A DNA stretch of 64,000 bases from Oscillospiraceae bacterium (lineage in GTDB: Bacteria; Bacillota; Clostridia; Oscillospirales; CAG-272). The notes beneath the pieces are model-generated. The model had not been told where the DNA came from and ran no database searches. It saw only the letters and a program-made list of their open reading frames with translations. The stretch lies in assembly GCA_015064315.1 (NCBI GenBank), contig SVSL01000003.1, forward strand, positions 1,258-65,257. Reading direction: 5' to 3'. Below, piece after piece: positions 1 through 10,956 of the stretch. Positions within the stretch are counted from its first letter, which is position 1. Each line of letters starts with the position of its first letter. The position numbers and the translations under genes are program-made.

Positions 1-1307
1 ATGAGATCGTCCACCTGTCCTTCAATGGGGCGCACCTCCACCTCGGGATCCAGCAGTCCCGTGGGACGAATGATCTGCTCCGCCACCTGTCGGGTATTCT
101 CGTTTTCGTAGTCACCCGGGGTGGCACTTACAAACACGGCTTGGTGGATCGATTCTTCAAATTCTTCAAAGTAAAGCGGGCGGTTATCGTATGCCGAGGG
201 CAAACGAAAGCCGTAATCGATCAGATTTTTCTTTCGAGCCGTGTCACCGCCGCTCATGCCGCGCACCTGCGGCACCATGACGTGGGATTCATCGATGAAC
301 ATGATAAAATCCTCGGGGAAATAGTCAAGCAGCGTAAAGGGCGTTGAGCCTGCGGGCCTTCCCGAAAGCACGCGGGAGTAGTTTTCCACTCCGGAGCAAA
401 AGCCGATTTCGCGGAGCATTTCCAGATCGTATTTGACGCGTTCCTGAATTCGCTGTGCTTCGATCAGCTTGTTTTCGGACTCAAAAAACTGCGCACGCTC
501 GATCATTTCACGCTCGATCTCGCCAAACGCCGCTTCGCGCTTTTCATCGGATACGGCATAGTGAGTAGCCGGGTAAATGGAGGCGTAAGAAAGCACGCGC
601 TTCAGCTCTCCCGTAACAATATTGATCTCGGAAATACGGTCGATCTCGTCACCGAAAAACTCCACGCGCAGAGCACTGTCGTTCATATTTGCGGGAATGA
701 CCTCCACCGTGTCTCCGCGCACGCGGAAGGAATCACGCGCCAGCGCCATATCGTTGCGATTGTAGCTGTTGGCAACCAGCTTGCGGATGAAAATATCACG
801 GCTCATCTGAGTTCCCGGACGGATGGCAAGCACCAAGCCTTGGTATTCACTCGGGTCACCCAAGGAATAAATACAGGAGACAGATGCCACGATAATCACG
901 TCACGTCGTTCGAAAAGCGCGCTGGTGGCACTGTGGCGCAGACGGTCGATTTCATCGTTGATCAGCGCGTCCTTTTCGATATACATATCCTTGCCGGGGA
1001 TGTACGCCTCAGGCTGGTAGTAATCGTAGTAGGAGACGAAAAACTCCACGGCGGCATCGGGAAAGAACTCCCGCATCTCGGAGCAGATCTGCGCCGCCAA
1101 GGTTTTGTTGGGCTCCAAGATCAGTGTGGGACGGTTGACACGGGCAATGACGTTTGCCATGGTAAAGGTTTTGCCCGATCCGGTCACGCCCAAAAGAGTC
1201 TGCATGGGCAGACCCGCCTCCAAGCCCGCAACCAGCTTTTCGATTGCCTCGGGCTGGTCTCCCGTTGGAGTATATTCACTTTTCAGCACAAAGGGCTTTG
1301 TTTCCAT
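1..1307 (-). CDS. uvrB: Excinuclease ABC subunit B (5' part; runs off the window start)
   Basis: Not in the ORF track. Manual minus-strand translation from ATG 1307 gives [22 protein letters not shown]...[19 protein letters not shown]...NKTLAAQ...[13 protein letters not shown], the hallmark UvrB motifs. Confidence 0.97.
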   Translation of the reverse strand, partial: METKPFVLKSEYTPTGDQPEAIEKLVAGLEAGLPMQTLLGVTGSGKTFTMANVIARVNRPTLILEPNKTLAAQICSEMREFFPDAAVEFFVSYYDYYQPEAYIPGKDMYIEKDALINDEIDRLRHSATSALFERRDVIIVASVSCIYSLGDPSEYQGLVLAIRPGTQMSRDIFIRKLVANSYNRNDMALARDSFRVRGDTVEVIPANMNDSALRVEFFGDEIDRISEINIVTGELKRVLSYASIYPATHYAVSDEKREAAFGEIEREMIERAQFFESENKLIEAQRIQERVKYDLEMLREIGFCSGVENYSRVLSGRPAGSTPFTLLDYFPEDFIMFIDESHVMVPQVRGMSGGDTARKKNLIDYGFRLPSAYDNRPLYFEEFEESIHQAVFVSATPGDYENENTRQVAEQIIRPTGLLDPEVEVRPIEGQVDDL

Positions 1308-1556
1308 GACGTTCTCCGTTCCGCAAATGAAATGCAAATTCTCGCAGGATATAGTATACCACAAAAAAAGCCGCAAGTAAAGATTCTTTTTTCAATTCCG
1401 ACAAGATTTTTAAACCCAACGTGAAAAAGTATCCCGTTTTTTGATGAAATAATGAAACTTTTTTCAAAAATCTATGGAAATTATCGTTTGCTTATGGTAT
1501 AATGAGATAATAATTATTTATGTTTATATTATTTTCCCTTTTGAAAGGATCAAGCA

Positions 1557-3986
1557 ATGCCCTCTTACATCGAAAAAGCCGAACAAATTAACCTTCCCGT
1601 GATTCCCTTGCGCGGAACCGTCGCGTTCCCTTCCATCGCCATCAATTTTGAAATCAGCGATGAAACCGACCTTGCCGCCGCCAAAATTGCAGGCTCGGGA
1701 AGCTCTTTGGTATTTTTAACCGCATATTCCGAGCTGTCTCAAAAAAGGAAGCGCACCACCGACGAATTCCCCTTTTACACCGTGGGAACCGTAGCAAAGA
1801 TCAAGCAGCTTCTGCGCGCTCCCGAGGGCTCCACGCGTATTATCGCCGAGGGCTTGGCGAGAGCAACCGTGATCAAGTATGACTTTGCCGAGGATCATAT
1901 TGAAGCCGATCTGATCTGCAAAAACATCTTTTTGCCGGGTCACGGAGGTGTGCGCGGAGAGGCTTGTATTCATGAAATGATGAGCGCTCTGGAGCGCAAT
2001 GCCCGCTTTCTTCCCTCCAGCTCGGAGGAGATGATCAACGCCGCCAGATTCTATGACGATCCCGGTCAGCTTGCCGATTTTATTGCCGCCAATATTCTGG
2101 TGCGCAACAACGACAAGCAAGCCGTGCTGGAGTGCTTTGATCCCCTGCGCCGCTGTGAGATCCTTTTGGAGATCCTGCAGGAGGAAGCCACCATTCTGGA
2201 GACCGAGGCAAAAATCCGCCATAAGGTCAACAGCCGTATGAACCGACACCAGCGCGAATACTATCTGCGTGAGCAGATCAAGGTGATTCAGGAGGAGCTG
2301 GGCGACGCGGGCGACGTGGAGGAATTCACCCGTCGCATCAAGGAATCCGACCTTCCCAAAGAGGTGGAAGCCAAGCTTCTCAAGGAGACCGACCGCCTTT
2401 CCAAAGCCCCCTTCGGCTCTGCGGAAGCCACGGTGATTGCCAACTATCTGGACATCTGTCTGGATATTCCCTGGACCAAGACCTCCAAGGACAAATTGAA
2501 TTTTAGCGCGGTAATGAAGACACTGGATGCCGATCACTACGGCTTGGAGAAGGTGAAGGAACGCATTGTGGAGTACATTGCCGCCAAGCAGCTGAGCCCT
2601 GAGCTCAAAGGACAGATTCTCTGTCTCGTAGGCCCTCCCGGCGTGGGTAAAACCTCCATCGGTGCCTCCATTGCCCGTGCCATGAACCGCAAATACGTGC
2701 GCATCTCCTTGGGAGGCGTGCGCGATGAGGCGGATATTCGCGGCCACCGCAAGACCTATATCGGCGCTATGCCCGGCAGAATCATCACTGCCGTAACCCA
2801 AGCAGGGGTAAAGAATCCGCTCATCCTTTTGGACGAGATCGACAAAATGACCCGTGACACCCACGGAGATCCCACCTCGGCACTTCTGGAGGTGCTGGAC
2901 GGTGAGCAGAACAAGACCTTCCGCGATCATTTTGTGGAGCTTCCTTACGATCTTTCGGATTGTATGTTCATTGCCACGGCAAATAATCTTTTGGGCGTCC
3001 CCCGTCCCCTGCTCGACCGTATGGAAATCATTGAGCTGAGCATTTACACCAAGCGCGAAAAGCTTGCCATTGCTACAAGCCATCTTTTGCCCAAGCAGCT
3101 CAAGCGTCACGGCCTTTCCAAAAAGACGTTGAAGATCACGGACGAGGCTTTGATCGAGGTAATCGATTACTATACCCACGAGGCGGGCGTGCGCAATCTG
3201 GAGCGTAGCATCGCAACCCTTTGTCGCAAGGCGGGCAAAAAGCTGCTTGCCGAGGAAGCCAAGAAGGTGGTCATTGACCAAAAGGATATTGCCTCCTATC
3301 TCGGTGCGCGTAAAATTCTGCCCGAGCTGATCGATGCCGAGGACGAGGTTGGCTGTGTCAACGGACTTGCCTACACCGAGCTTGGCGGAAGTATGCTCAA
3401 GGTGGAGGTTGCCGTTCTGGAGGGAACGGGCAAGATCGAGACCACGGGCTCCTTGGGAGATGTGATGAAGGAATCGGCACAGATCGCCGTCAGCTTGGTT
3501 CGCTCGGTAGCAACCGAATACGGCATTCCCACCGATTTTTACAAGACCAAGGATATTCATATCCACTTCCCCGAGGGGGCAGTTCCCAAGGACGGTCCCT
3601 CTGCGGGTGTCACCATGACCACCGCCATCATCAGTGCGCTGACGGGGCGTCCCGTGCGCCGCGACGTTGCCATGACGGGCGAGATCAGTCTGCGCGGCAA
3701 CGTGCTTGCCATTGGAGGACTGAAGGAAAAGACCATGGCGGCATACAACGCCGGTGTAAAGACCGTGCTGATTCCAAACGACAATCTGCGCGACATGGAG
3801 GAGCTGGATCCTCTGGCGCGTGAAAATCTGATCTTCGTTCCCTGCAAAAAGATCAAGGAAGTACTGGATCAGGCGTTGCTCCCTGTGCAAAAAGCGGAAA
3901 AGGAAAGCCGCGGTGAGCATTCTTCCCTTGCCGCCTTTATGCCCGGCTCGGTACAAACACACATCAACGCAAAAACCGATGCGTGA
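1557..3986 (+). CDS. lon: ATP-dependent Lon protease
   Basis: N-terminal LPVIPLRG, Walker [17 protein letters not shown], catalytic PKDGPSAG and IGGLKEK motifs; 809 aa. Confidence 0.98.
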   Translation: MPSYIEKAEQINLPVIPLRGTVAFPSIAINFEISDETDLAAAKIAGSGSSLVFLTAYSELSQKRKRTTDEFPFYTVGTVAKIKQLLRAPEGSTRIIAEGLARATVIKYDFAEDHIEADLICKNIFLPGHGGVRGEACIHEMMSALERNARFLPSSSEEMINAARFYDDPGQLADFIAANILVRNNDKQAVLECFDPLRRCEILLEILQEEATILETEAKIRHKVNSRMNRHQREYYLREQIKVIQEELGDAGDVEEFTRRIKESDLPKEVEAKLLKETDRLSKAPFGSAEATVIANYLDICLDIPWTKTSKDKLNFSAVMKTLDADHYGLEKVKERIVEYIAAKQLSPELKGQILCLVGPPGVGKTSIGASIARAMNRKYVRISLGGVRDEADIRGHRKTYIGAMPGRIITAVTQAGVKNPLILLDEIDKMTRDTHGDPTSALLEVLDGEQNKTFRDHFVELPYDLSDCMFIATANNLLGVPRPLLDRMEIIELSIYTKREKLAIATSHLLPKQLKRHGLSKKTLKITDEALIEVIDYYTHEAGVRNLERSIATLCRKAGKKLLAEEAKKVVIDQKDIASYLGARKILPELIDAEDEVGCVNGLAYTELGGSMLKVEVAVLEGTGKIETTGSLGDVMKESAQIAVSLVRSVATEYGIPTDFYKTKDIHIHFPEGAVPKDGPSAGVTMTTAIISALTGRPVRRDVAMTGEISLRGNVLAIGGLKEKTMAAYNAGVKTVLIPNDNLRDMEELDPLARENLIFVPCKKIKEVLDQALLPVQKAEKESRGEHSSLAAFMPGSVQTHINAKTDA

Positions 3987-4001
3987 TAAGGAGTGATCAA
4001 A

Positions 4002-4610
4002 ATGTCTCTGAATCTCAACAACACCAATCTTCGTATCAGCGCGGGGCTCCCCCGTCAATTCCCCACCGATCCCATGGTGCAGATCGCCTTTTCGGGACGC
4101 TCCAACGTGGGAAAAAGCTCGCTGATCAATTCGCTCCTGGGCAGAAAATCGCTGGCACGTGTCAGCTCCGCTCCCGGAAAGACCATTACCGTCAATTTCT
4201 ACGACGTGGACAAAAAGCTCTTTTTGGTGGATCTGCCCGGCTACGGCTTTGCCAAGCGCAATCCTGCCGACAAGGAAAAATGGTCCTCTCTGACCGACGG
4301 ATATTTTACCAACAACCCCAACTTTGACCTTGTCAAGGTGGTGCTTCAGCTGGTGGACAGCCGCATTGGTCCTACGGCGGACGATGAAATGATGCTGCAA
4401 TACCTGAGTCAGTGCGGCATCCCCTTTATTGTGGTTGCCACCAAGTGCGACAAGCTCAACGCCACCGAGCGTAAAAAATCCGAGGAGCTTTTGAGAAGCC
4501 ACCCCGACATTCCTACCGATACCCCCATCCTTTTCTATTCCGCCCTCAAGAACGTGGGACGTCAAGAGCTTTGGACGCTGATCGGGGAATACACCGGCAT
4601 CAAGCTCTGA
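4002..4610 (+). CDS. engB: Ribosome biogenesis GTPase YsxC/EngB
   Basis: GRSNVGKSS, PGKT, DLPGYG and TKCD motifs; conserved lon-engB order. Alternative GTG start at 3993. Confidence 0.96.
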   Translation: MSLNLNNTNLRISAGLPRQFPTDPMVQIAFSGRSNVGKSSLINSLLGRKSLARVSSAPGKTITVNFYDVDKKLFLVDLPGYGFAKRNPADKEKWSSLTDGYFTNNPNFDLVKVVLQLVDSRIGPTADDEMMLQYLSQCGIPFIVVATKCDKLNATERKKSEELLRSHPDIPTDTPILFYSALKNVGRQELWTLIGEYTGIKL

Positions 4611-4646
4611 TTCTTCTCTATTTCTCAAAGAAAGTGAGTTTTTATT

Positions 4647-5375
4647 ATGCTGTTATCCCTTTTGAGCAGCGGCGATCCCAAAACCATCATTGTTTCTCTG
4701 TTACTGACACTTCCCATGATGATGCTGGCGCTCTCCGCGCACGAGGCTGCTCACGGATGGGTCGCCTATAAATGCGGTGACAACACCGCGTATCTCATGG
4801 GACGTCTGACCCTCAACCCGGCAAAGCATTTGGATCCCATCGGCTTTCTTGCCATGATGGTCTTTGGCTACGGTTGGGCAAATCCCGTTCCCATCAACAC
4901 CCGTAACTTCCGTAACCCCCGTCGGGGCATGGCACTTTCCGCCGCGGCAGGACCTGCGGCAAATCTCATTCTTGGTGTGATCTGCGCGGCACTGTTTGGT
5001 GTATGTCTGGCGGTTTATGCCTACTTGACCTTCACATCCGAAAGTCTGTTTCTGATAAACTGCGTCTATTGGTTGGCTATCATGTTCGACTACGGCGCCA
5101 TGATCAATTTTGTGTTCATGACCTTTAATCTCATCCCCGTTCCTCCCTTTGACGGCTCGAGAATCGCGTTTGTATTCCTGCCTCCCAAATACTATTTTGG
5201 TATTATGAAATACGAAAGACAGATCATGTTCGGTGTGCTGATCGCGCTTTTGGCGCTCTCAAGGCTCGGATTCTCGCCCTTTGAATGGGTTGCCAATCAA
5301 CTGACCGGTATGATCTCATCCCCCATCGCCAACGGACTTTGGGGCGTTTTTCGAGACAATCTGCTCCATCCTTGA
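4647..5375 (+). CDS. Site-2 protease family (M50) membrane metalloprotease
   Basis: HEAAH zinc motif, GRLTLNP, AGP, FNLIPVPPFDG; several hydrophobic segments. Confidence 0.93.
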   Translation: MLLSLLSSGDPKTIIVSLLLTLPMMMLALSAHEAAHGWVAYKCGDNTAYLMGRLTLNPAKHLDPIGFLAMMVFGYGWANPVPINTRNFRNPRRGMALSAAAGPAANLILGVICAALFGVCLAVYAYLTFTSESLFLINCVYWLAIMFDYGAMINFVFMTFNLIPVPPFDGSRIAFVFLPPKYYFGIMKYERQIMFGVLIALLALSRLGFSPFEWVANQLTGMISSPIANGLWGVFRDNLLHP

Positions 5376-5421
5376 TCCCTCTGTCGTCGGGCAGTATATT
5401 TGAAAGGATTCCAACAAACGA

Positions 5422-6546
5422 ATGGAAAGCGTTATCACCTATCGAATTGAGCAATTCGAGGGTCCCCTTGACCTTTTGCTCACCTTGATTCAGAAAAACA
5501 AAGTGAATATTGAGGACATTCCCATTGCCTTGATCTGCGACCAGTATCTGGAATATATCAAGGCGGCGCAGGATCTGGACATGGAGCTGGCAGGCGAATT
5601 CATCGTCATGGCAAGTGAATTGATGCTGATCAAAAGCCGTATGCTCCTGCCCCGTGTGAACGAGAACGAAAAGGACCCCCGTAAGGAGCTGGCTGACGCC
5701 CTGCTGCGCTATCAGCAAGCCAAGCAGGCAAGCGCAAAAATGATCCCGCTCTATCAAAAATTCAGCGGACGCATGGTCAAGGACACCGATGAAATCTCGG
5801 TGGACACCACCTACGTGGCGGATCAGCAGGTCACCGCCCTTTGTCTTGCGGTACGCCGTATCATTGCGGCAAACGAAAGCCGCCCCAAGGCAGAGCGACA
5901 GGTCTTTGCTCCCATGATCGCCAAGCCTATCATTCCCGTTGACGTGAAGATCGTGGGCATTCTCCATCACATCGATAAAAAGAAGAAGCCCTCCATGAAG
6001 GAGCTTTTGTCGGATGCCACCTCGCTCCCCGATCTCATCGCTATCTTCTTGGGCATTCTGGAGCTGATCAAGGTTCGCAAGATCCTCATTGATGAGGACG
6101 AGGATTCCTACACCGTGATCCACGGCTCAAGCACGCGGTTCGTCCTCAACGACAATCCCGTGGAGGAGGGCGCCGAAAAGGTCTACGATCCCTTGGATAT
6201 CGGTGACGAGCCGATTCCCCTTTCCTCCAAAGCCGAAATGCACCGCGAGCAGAGGCGTATCATCCGCGAGCGCAAGCTTGCCGAGAAAAAGCGACTCCGT
6301 GAAGAAGAACGCGCACGCCGCGCCGAGGAGCGCAGACGCGCCAAGGAAGCCGCGCAAATGCATTTGGAGGACATCCCCGCAGACGATGCCGATCTGGAGG
6401 CAGAGGCAAAGCTGGAGGAAATGCTGGACAATCAGCTCTCCGCAGAAGCCGAGGATATTATGGATGATCTGGGTCTTGACATGAACGAGATCCTGCGCAC
6501 CATGACCCAAGCCGCAAAGGATCTGCCCAAAGAAGATGGTAACTAA
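5422..6546 (+). CDS. scpA: Segregation and condensation protein A (kleisin) with a long charged C-terminal extension
   Basis: FEGPLDLLL, MASELMLIKSRMLLP and IFLGILELIK motifs; upstream of scpB. Confidence 0.93.
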   Translation: MESVITYRIEQFEGPLDLLLTLIQKNKVNIEDIPIALICDQYLEYIKAAQDLDMELAGEFIVMASELMLIKSRMLLPRVNENEKDPRKELADALLRYQQAKQASAKMIPLYQKFSGRMVKDTDEISVDTTYVADQQVTALCLAVRRIIAANESRPKAERQVFAPMIAKPIIPVDVKIVGILHHIDKKKKPSMKELLSDATSLPDLIAIFLGILELIKVRKILIDEDEDSYTVIHGSSTRFVLNDNPVEEGAEKVYDPLDIGDEPIPLSSKAEMHREQRRIIRERKLAEKKRLREEERARRAEERRRAKEAAQMHLEDIPADDADLEAEAKLEEMLDNQLSAEAEDIMDDLGLDMNEILRTMTQAAKDLPKEDGN

Positions 6547-6577
6547 AACACCGCCACATAACCAATTTTGTAACCAA

Positions 6578-6690
6578 ACAATCCCTCAGTCACCTTGCGG
6601 TGACAGCTCCCTTTACACAAGGGAGCCTGTGATTGCGAAATGCCTCCCTTGTGCAAAGGGAGGTGCCGAGGCACGAGGCGGAGGGATTGT
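6578..6690. repeat. REP-like palindrome pair (family A)
   Basis: Two hairpin units (ctccctttacacaagggag; ctcccttgtgcaaagggag) with outer inverted repeat acaatccctc/gagggattgt. Related copies at about 25040, 27045, 34090 and 54515. Confidence 0.8.
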
Positions 6691-6763
6691 AAAAAAATAG
6701 CGATCACCTTTTTGATAGTCAAAATTCATATGTCAAATTCCGAAAGGACTTGTATAAACCATC

Positions 6764-7492
6764 ATGGAAGAAAAAAAGAACGCTCCGATCACGGAGCCCC
6801 TTACCAACGAGCGCGATATCGAACAAGCCATTGAAGCCATCCTCTTTGCCGCAGGCTATCCCGTACGCTATGACAAGCTTGCCGAGGTGTTGGGGCTTGC
6901 CGTAAAGGACGTAAAAAACATTACCAAAAAAATGGCGGCGCATTTTGAAGAAGACGAAACCTACCACGGCATTCTTCTGTTGCTCTACCCCACCACCTGT
7001 CAGCTGACCACCAAAGAGCAATATGCCCCCTACATCCGCGAAGCCCTTGGCATCCGCCGCGGCGGAAACCTTTCGGCATCCTCCATGGAGGTACTGGCGG
7101 TGGTTGCCTACAACCAGCCTGTAACCCGTTCCTTTGTGGATCTGGTGCGCGGTGTGGACAGCTCCTATGCCGTCAGCTCCCTTTTGGACAAGGGGTTGAT
7201 CGAAGCCGCCGGCAGACTCGATGCCCCGGGTCGTCCCATGCTCTACGTAACCACCGACAAATTCCTGCGGGTGTTCGGCATCAATTCCTTGGATGAGCTT
7301 CCCGAAACCGAGGCCCTCAGCGTTGCCGCGGCGCAGACCGAGCAGGCGGAGACTGCCGAAAAAACCGAAGAAGAGCTTGCCTTGGAAGCCGATGAAAGCA
7401 CCCTGCCCAAGGCAGACTACACCGAAGCGGTGGACAGCGCCGAGACCGACGTCATTTTTGAAAACGGCGTTTCCGCTCCCATCGAAAACTAA
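6764..7492 (+). CDS. scpB: SMC-Scp complex subunit ScpB
   Basis: IEAILFAAG, LSASSMEVLAVVAYNQPVTR, GRPMLYVTTDKFLRVFG motifs. Confidence 0.96.
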   Translation: MEEKKNAPITEPLTNERDIEQAIEAILFAAGYPVRYDKLAEVLGLAVKDVKNITKKMAAHFEEDETYHGILLLLYPTTCQLTTKEQYAPYIREALGIRRGGNLSASSMEVLAVVAYNQPVTRSFVDLVRGVDSSYAVSSLLDKGLIEAAGRLDAPGRPMLYVTTDKFLRVFGINSLDELPETEALSVAAAQTEQAETAEKTEEELALEADESTLPKADYTEAVDSAETDVIFENGVSAPIEN

Positions 7493-7541
7493 CGTCCCAT
7501 TATCACTATTCACTATTCACTTTCACGAAGGGAGGGGTGTT

Positions 7542-8351
7542 GTGAATCCGTTTTTGCTCATATTGGCGATCCTTGGCGGAATTTTGGGCTTGATCCTGTT
7601 GCTGATCCTGTTCGGCTCGGTCAAGATCCGCGTTATATTCAAAAAGAAATTACGCGTTGTGCTCTATGCTTTCGGCATTCCCATCACCCTTGTATCCGAC
7701 AAGCCGAAGAAAAAAGATCTGCCTCCGGAGTTAAAAAATTGCAAAAATCCCGAGGCGGTTCTGCGACGCGAAAAGAAAAAATATTTAAAGGCGCAGAAAA
7801 AAGCCGCTGAAAAGCAAGCAAAGCAAAAGCTGAAAAACGCTGAAAAAGCCAAGCGAAAAAAACAGCATCAATCGAAAGAAGCCAAGAAAAAGGATCCCTC
7901 AATGCCAAAGCTTTCCGAAAAGATCGCCTTTGTTTTTGCTTTGCTAAAGGCACTCTATCGGGCAACCAACGGAAAATTCCGTCTGCGCGTCTACCGTATG
8001 CATCTTTTGATAGGCACCGACGATGCGGCAAAAACCGCCATCCTCTACGGCGCCACCGTGCAGAGTGTTTCCTATATTTTGCAATGGCTGCAAACGCATT
8101 TTATTCCCATTCGTCGGGATGAGGGAGATATGACCATTGATCCCGACTTTGTACGGGGGAAAACCTCCGTGGATATTGATATTTGTTGCTCTCTGAAGCT
8201 TCGACGCGGTATGATCATCGGCGTAAGAATGCTTTGGGCGTACCTGAAGGAAAAGGAAGCCCTTGACCAAACCGTGAAAAAGCGTTTGGAGGAAGCACAA
8301 AAAGAGCTTTCCGATACACAAGCTCAAGAAACTACGACTTCAACCACATGA
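7542..8351 (+). CDS. DUF2953 (YtfI-like) membrane-anchored protein
   Basis: GTG after GGAGG; N-terminal TM segment; GTDDAAKTAILYG motif; directly upstream of ytfJ. Confidence 0.75.
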   Translation: MNPFLLILAILGGILGLILLLILFGSVKIRVIFKKKLRVVLYAFGIPITLVSDKPKKKDLPPELKNCKNPEAVLRREKKKYLKAQKKAAEKQAKQKLKNAEKAKRKKQHQSKEAKKKDPSMPKLSEKIAFVFALLKALYRATNGKFRLRVYRMHLLIGTDDAAKTAILYGATVQSVSYILQWLQTHFIPIRRDEGDMTIDPDFVRGKTSVDIDICCSLKLRRGMIIGVRMLWAYLKEKEALDQTVKKRLEEAQKELSDTQAQETTTSTT

Positions 8352-8365
8352 AAGGAAGAAATACT

Positions 8366-8923
8366 ATGGAAAACGAATCTTCTATCAAAAATCTGATCAC
8401 CGAATCGCTGCAACAGATCCGCACCTTTATTGATGCCGATACCATTGTTGGCAAGCAGATCGTAACCCCCGGCGGAACCGTTATCATTCCCATTTCCAAG
8501 CTTTCCATGGGCTTTGCTTCGGGCGGACTGGATATTCCCTCCAAAAAAAGCGACGCAAAGAGCTTTGGCGGTGGCGGCGGAACCGGTGTGACCGTTTCTC
8601 CCATCGGATTTTTGATCGTTTCTCCCGAGGGCAAGGTCAGCATGATGCCCTTGACCCCCTCCAAGAGCGGACCCGTGGAGCAGGTGTTTGACCTCTTGGA
8701 TCAGGCTCCCGGCTTGATCCAGCGCATTGTGGGCGCCTTTGGCAGCTCCAAGGATGCAGCCGAGGAGGAGGAAGAGCTTGCAAAGCGCGAAGCCGACATT
8801 GCCACACAGCTGGCGGAGGAGCTGGAGAGCCTTGAGCCCAAGTCTAAAAAGGATATCAAGGCTGCCATGAAGGAAGCCAAGCGCGCCGCAAAAGCGGAGA
8901 AGAAAGCCGCTCGCGACAACTGA
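8366..8923 (+). CDS. ytfJ: Sporulation protein YtfJ/GerW family
   Basis: DADTIVGKQI, IIPISKLSMGFASGG and FGGGGGTGVTVSPIGFL motifs. Confidence 0.9.
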   Translation: MENESSIKNLITESLQQIRTFIDADTIVGKQIVTPGGTVIIPISKLSMGFASGGLDIPSKKSDAKSFGGGGGTGVTVSPIGFLIVSPEGKVSMMPLTPSKSGPVEQVFDLLDQAPGLIQRIVGAFGSSKDAAEEEEELAKREADIATQLAEELESLEPKSKKDIKAAMKEAKRAAKAEKKAARDN

Positions 8924-9011
8924 CACGCGCAGCAGTCCCTTGGAAGCAGACATAAACGCGACTCCGGAAAAATATACATGAAATGAAACGTATTTTTCCG
9001 GAGGTCTTGCT

Positions 9012-10187
9012 ATGTCTGTATTCAAAAAAGCAATTTCGGTTATTCTGGCAATACTCGCGGTGCTTTCCTGCATTGCCCTTCCCATCTCGGCAGAGCCGAT
9101 AGAAAAGGAGCCGCTCCCCGTTCCGTCTGTTTCGGCAAAAAGCGCGATTCTGATGCTGGCATCCACGGGGGAGATTCTTTACCAAAAGGATTGTGACGTC
9201 AAGCTTCCCATGGCAAGCACCACCAAGATCATGACGGCATTGGTGGCGCTGGAGCTGGGATCCCCAAAACAGATGATTGCGGTATCTCCCGAGGCGGTTG
9301 GCGTGGAAGGCTCATCCATCTATTTGACCGCGGGCGAGCAGCTCTCCTTAGAGCAGCTTCTGTATGCCCTGCTTTTGGAGTCCGCCAACGATGCGGCGGT
9401 TGCCATTGCCTGCGGACTTTCGGGCAGTGTGGATTCCTTTGCCAAGAAGATGAACGAAAAAGCAGACTCGCTGGGACTTGTGCAAACACACTTTACCAAT
9501 CCTCACGGGTTGGATCACGAGGAGCACTATACCACGGCAAGAGAATTGGCGATCATCACCCAAGCACTTTTGAAAGATCCTCTGCTCCGCACCATTGTCT
9601 CCACCAGAAAGACCACCATCCCCCATGACGGAACCGACAGCGTCCGACTTTTGGTCAACCACAATAAAATGCTTCGCCTCTACGACGGCTGCATCGGTGT
9701 CAAGACCGGATTCACCAAACGCAGCGGCAGATGTCTGGTCTCGGCGGCAGAGCGTGACGGCGTTGAGCTGATCGCGGTAACGCTAAACGCATCGGACGAT
9801 TGGAACGATCACACCGCTCTTTTGAACTACGGCTTTTCTCGCTATGACGCGGTCAAGCTTTGCAACACAGAGGAGTATCTCTTTCCCCTGCCCGTAGTAG
9901 GAGGAACCGATGACTACGTCATGATCGGCAACACGGAAGCCCTGCAAGCCATTCTTCCCGTGCATCACGGCAGTATTGTGGTACGGGTGGAAGCCCCCCG
10001 CTTTGCCTATGCCGACGTCAGCGAGGGAGACGTGATTGGCAGCGTGATCTTTCTCTGCGACGTGGAATCCAACGGAAGCCTGCAAAAAATAGGAGAAGTC
10101 GAGCTGACCGCCCGCTACTCCGTGAAAAAAAAGAAGGTCAAAAGGAGCTTTTGGCAATGGCTGAAATCACTTTTTGGCTTTCATTGA
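9012..10187 (+). CDS. dacB: D-alanyl-D-alanine carboxypeptidase (S11; DacB-like by position)
   Basis: Signal peptide; MASTTKIMT (SxxK), SAND (SxN) and KTG motifs; follows ytfJ. Confidence 0.85.
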   Translation: MSVFKKAISVILAILAVLSCIALPISAEPIEKEPLPVPSVSAKSAILMLASTGEILYQKDCDVKLPMASTTKIMTALVALELGSPKQMIAVSPEAVGVEGSSIYLTAGEQLSLEQLLYALLLESANDAAVAIACGLSGSVDSFAKKMNEKADSLGLVQTHFTNPHGLDHEEHYTTARELAIITQALLKDPLLRTIVSTRKTTIPHDGTDSVRLLVNHNKMLRLYDGCIGVKTGFTKRSGRCLVSAAERDGVELIAVTLNASDDWNDHTALLNYGFSRYDAVKLCNTEEYLFPLPVVGGTDDYVMIGNTEALQAILPVHHGSIVVRVEAPRFAYADVSEGDVIGSVIFLCDVESNGSLQKIGEVELTARYSVKKKKVKRSFWQWLKSLFGFH

Positions 10188-10215
10188 TTCGATAAAATAA
10201 ATTAAGGAAGAAAAA

Positions 10216-10953
10216 ATGGCAGATTTGATCCGCTTACAAAAATATTTTTCGGATTGCGGCATCCTCTCCCGACGAGCCGCCGAGGCAGAGATCCTTGCGG
10301 GAAAGGTCACTGTAAACGGCACGCGCGCATCCTTGGGAGATCGGGTGGATCCCGACATCGATCTTGTAGAATATAAAGGAAAGCCCGTCAAGCCACGGCA
10401 AAGCAAGCCCTATCTCTATCTCATGCTTCACAAGCCGCGTGGCTACGTCAGCACGGCAAAGGATGAAAAAGGACGCAAAAGCGTAATTGATCTGACAAAA
10501 GGCGTTGGAAGCCGCGTCTATCCCGTAGGACGGCTGGACATGGACTCCGAGGGGCTTTTGCTGATGACCGATGACGGCGCCTTTGCAAATCACTTGACCC
10601 ATCCTCGCCACGAGATCCCAAAGATCTATCACGTAACGCTTTCCACCGAGCCTACCGCAGAGCAGCTCTCTGCTCTGTCAGCTCCCATGGAGCTGGACGG
10701 TTATCGGCTTCAGCCCGTAGAGATCAAGCGTCTTACGCCAAACAAGCTGGAAATGACGCTCTACGAGGGACGAAACCGACAGATCCGCAGAATGTGCGAA
10801 TCGGCAGACCTCAAGGTCACACGCCTTTGCAGGATCGCCATTGGAAAGATCAAGCTGGAGCCTCTTCCCCTTGGAAGATGGCGACATTTGACAGAGGAAG
10901 AGGTTTTGTATCTCTTTCCCCAAAAAGAAAATCATCATGGATCGGAGAACTAA
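10216..10953 (+). CDS. rluB: 23S rRNA pseudouridine synthase RluB (RsuA family)
   Basis: N-terminal S4 domain (RLQKY...SRR), HKPRGY, GRLD catalytic Asp, EGRNRQIRRM. Confidence 0.9.
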   Translation: MADLIRLQKYFSDCGILSRRAAEAEILAGKVTVNGTRASLGDRVDPDIDLVEYKGKPVKPRQSKPYLYLMLHKPRGYVSTAKDEKGRKSVIDLTKGVGSRVYPVGRLDMDSEGLLLMTDDGAFANHLTHPRHEIPKIYHVTLSTEPTAEQLSALSAPMELDGYRLQPVEIKRLTPNKLEMTLYEGRNRQIRRMCESADLKVTRLCRIAIGKIKLEPLPLGRWRHLTEEEVLYLFPQKENHHGSEN

Positions 10954-10956
10954 AAA

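Noticed and set aside
561-1424. Plus-strand ORFs 141-347 and 561-1424
   Set aside because: Antisense shadows of uvrB, which is on the minus strand and missing from the ORF track because it runs off the window.
1716-4628. Very long antisense ORFs (970 aa here; also 19535-22000, 42027-43415, 45643-47364, 47552-50122, 58209-59585, 60613-62007, 62149-63495)
   Set aside because: Each mirrors a well-supported gene on the other strand and shows no recognisable motifs; expected from the host codon bias.
6578-6690. CRISPR array, tRNA or riboswitch in the palindromic intergenic regions
   Set aside because: No regularly spaced repeat-spacer series, no cas genes and no cloverleaf; dispersed imperfect copies fit REP-like repeats.
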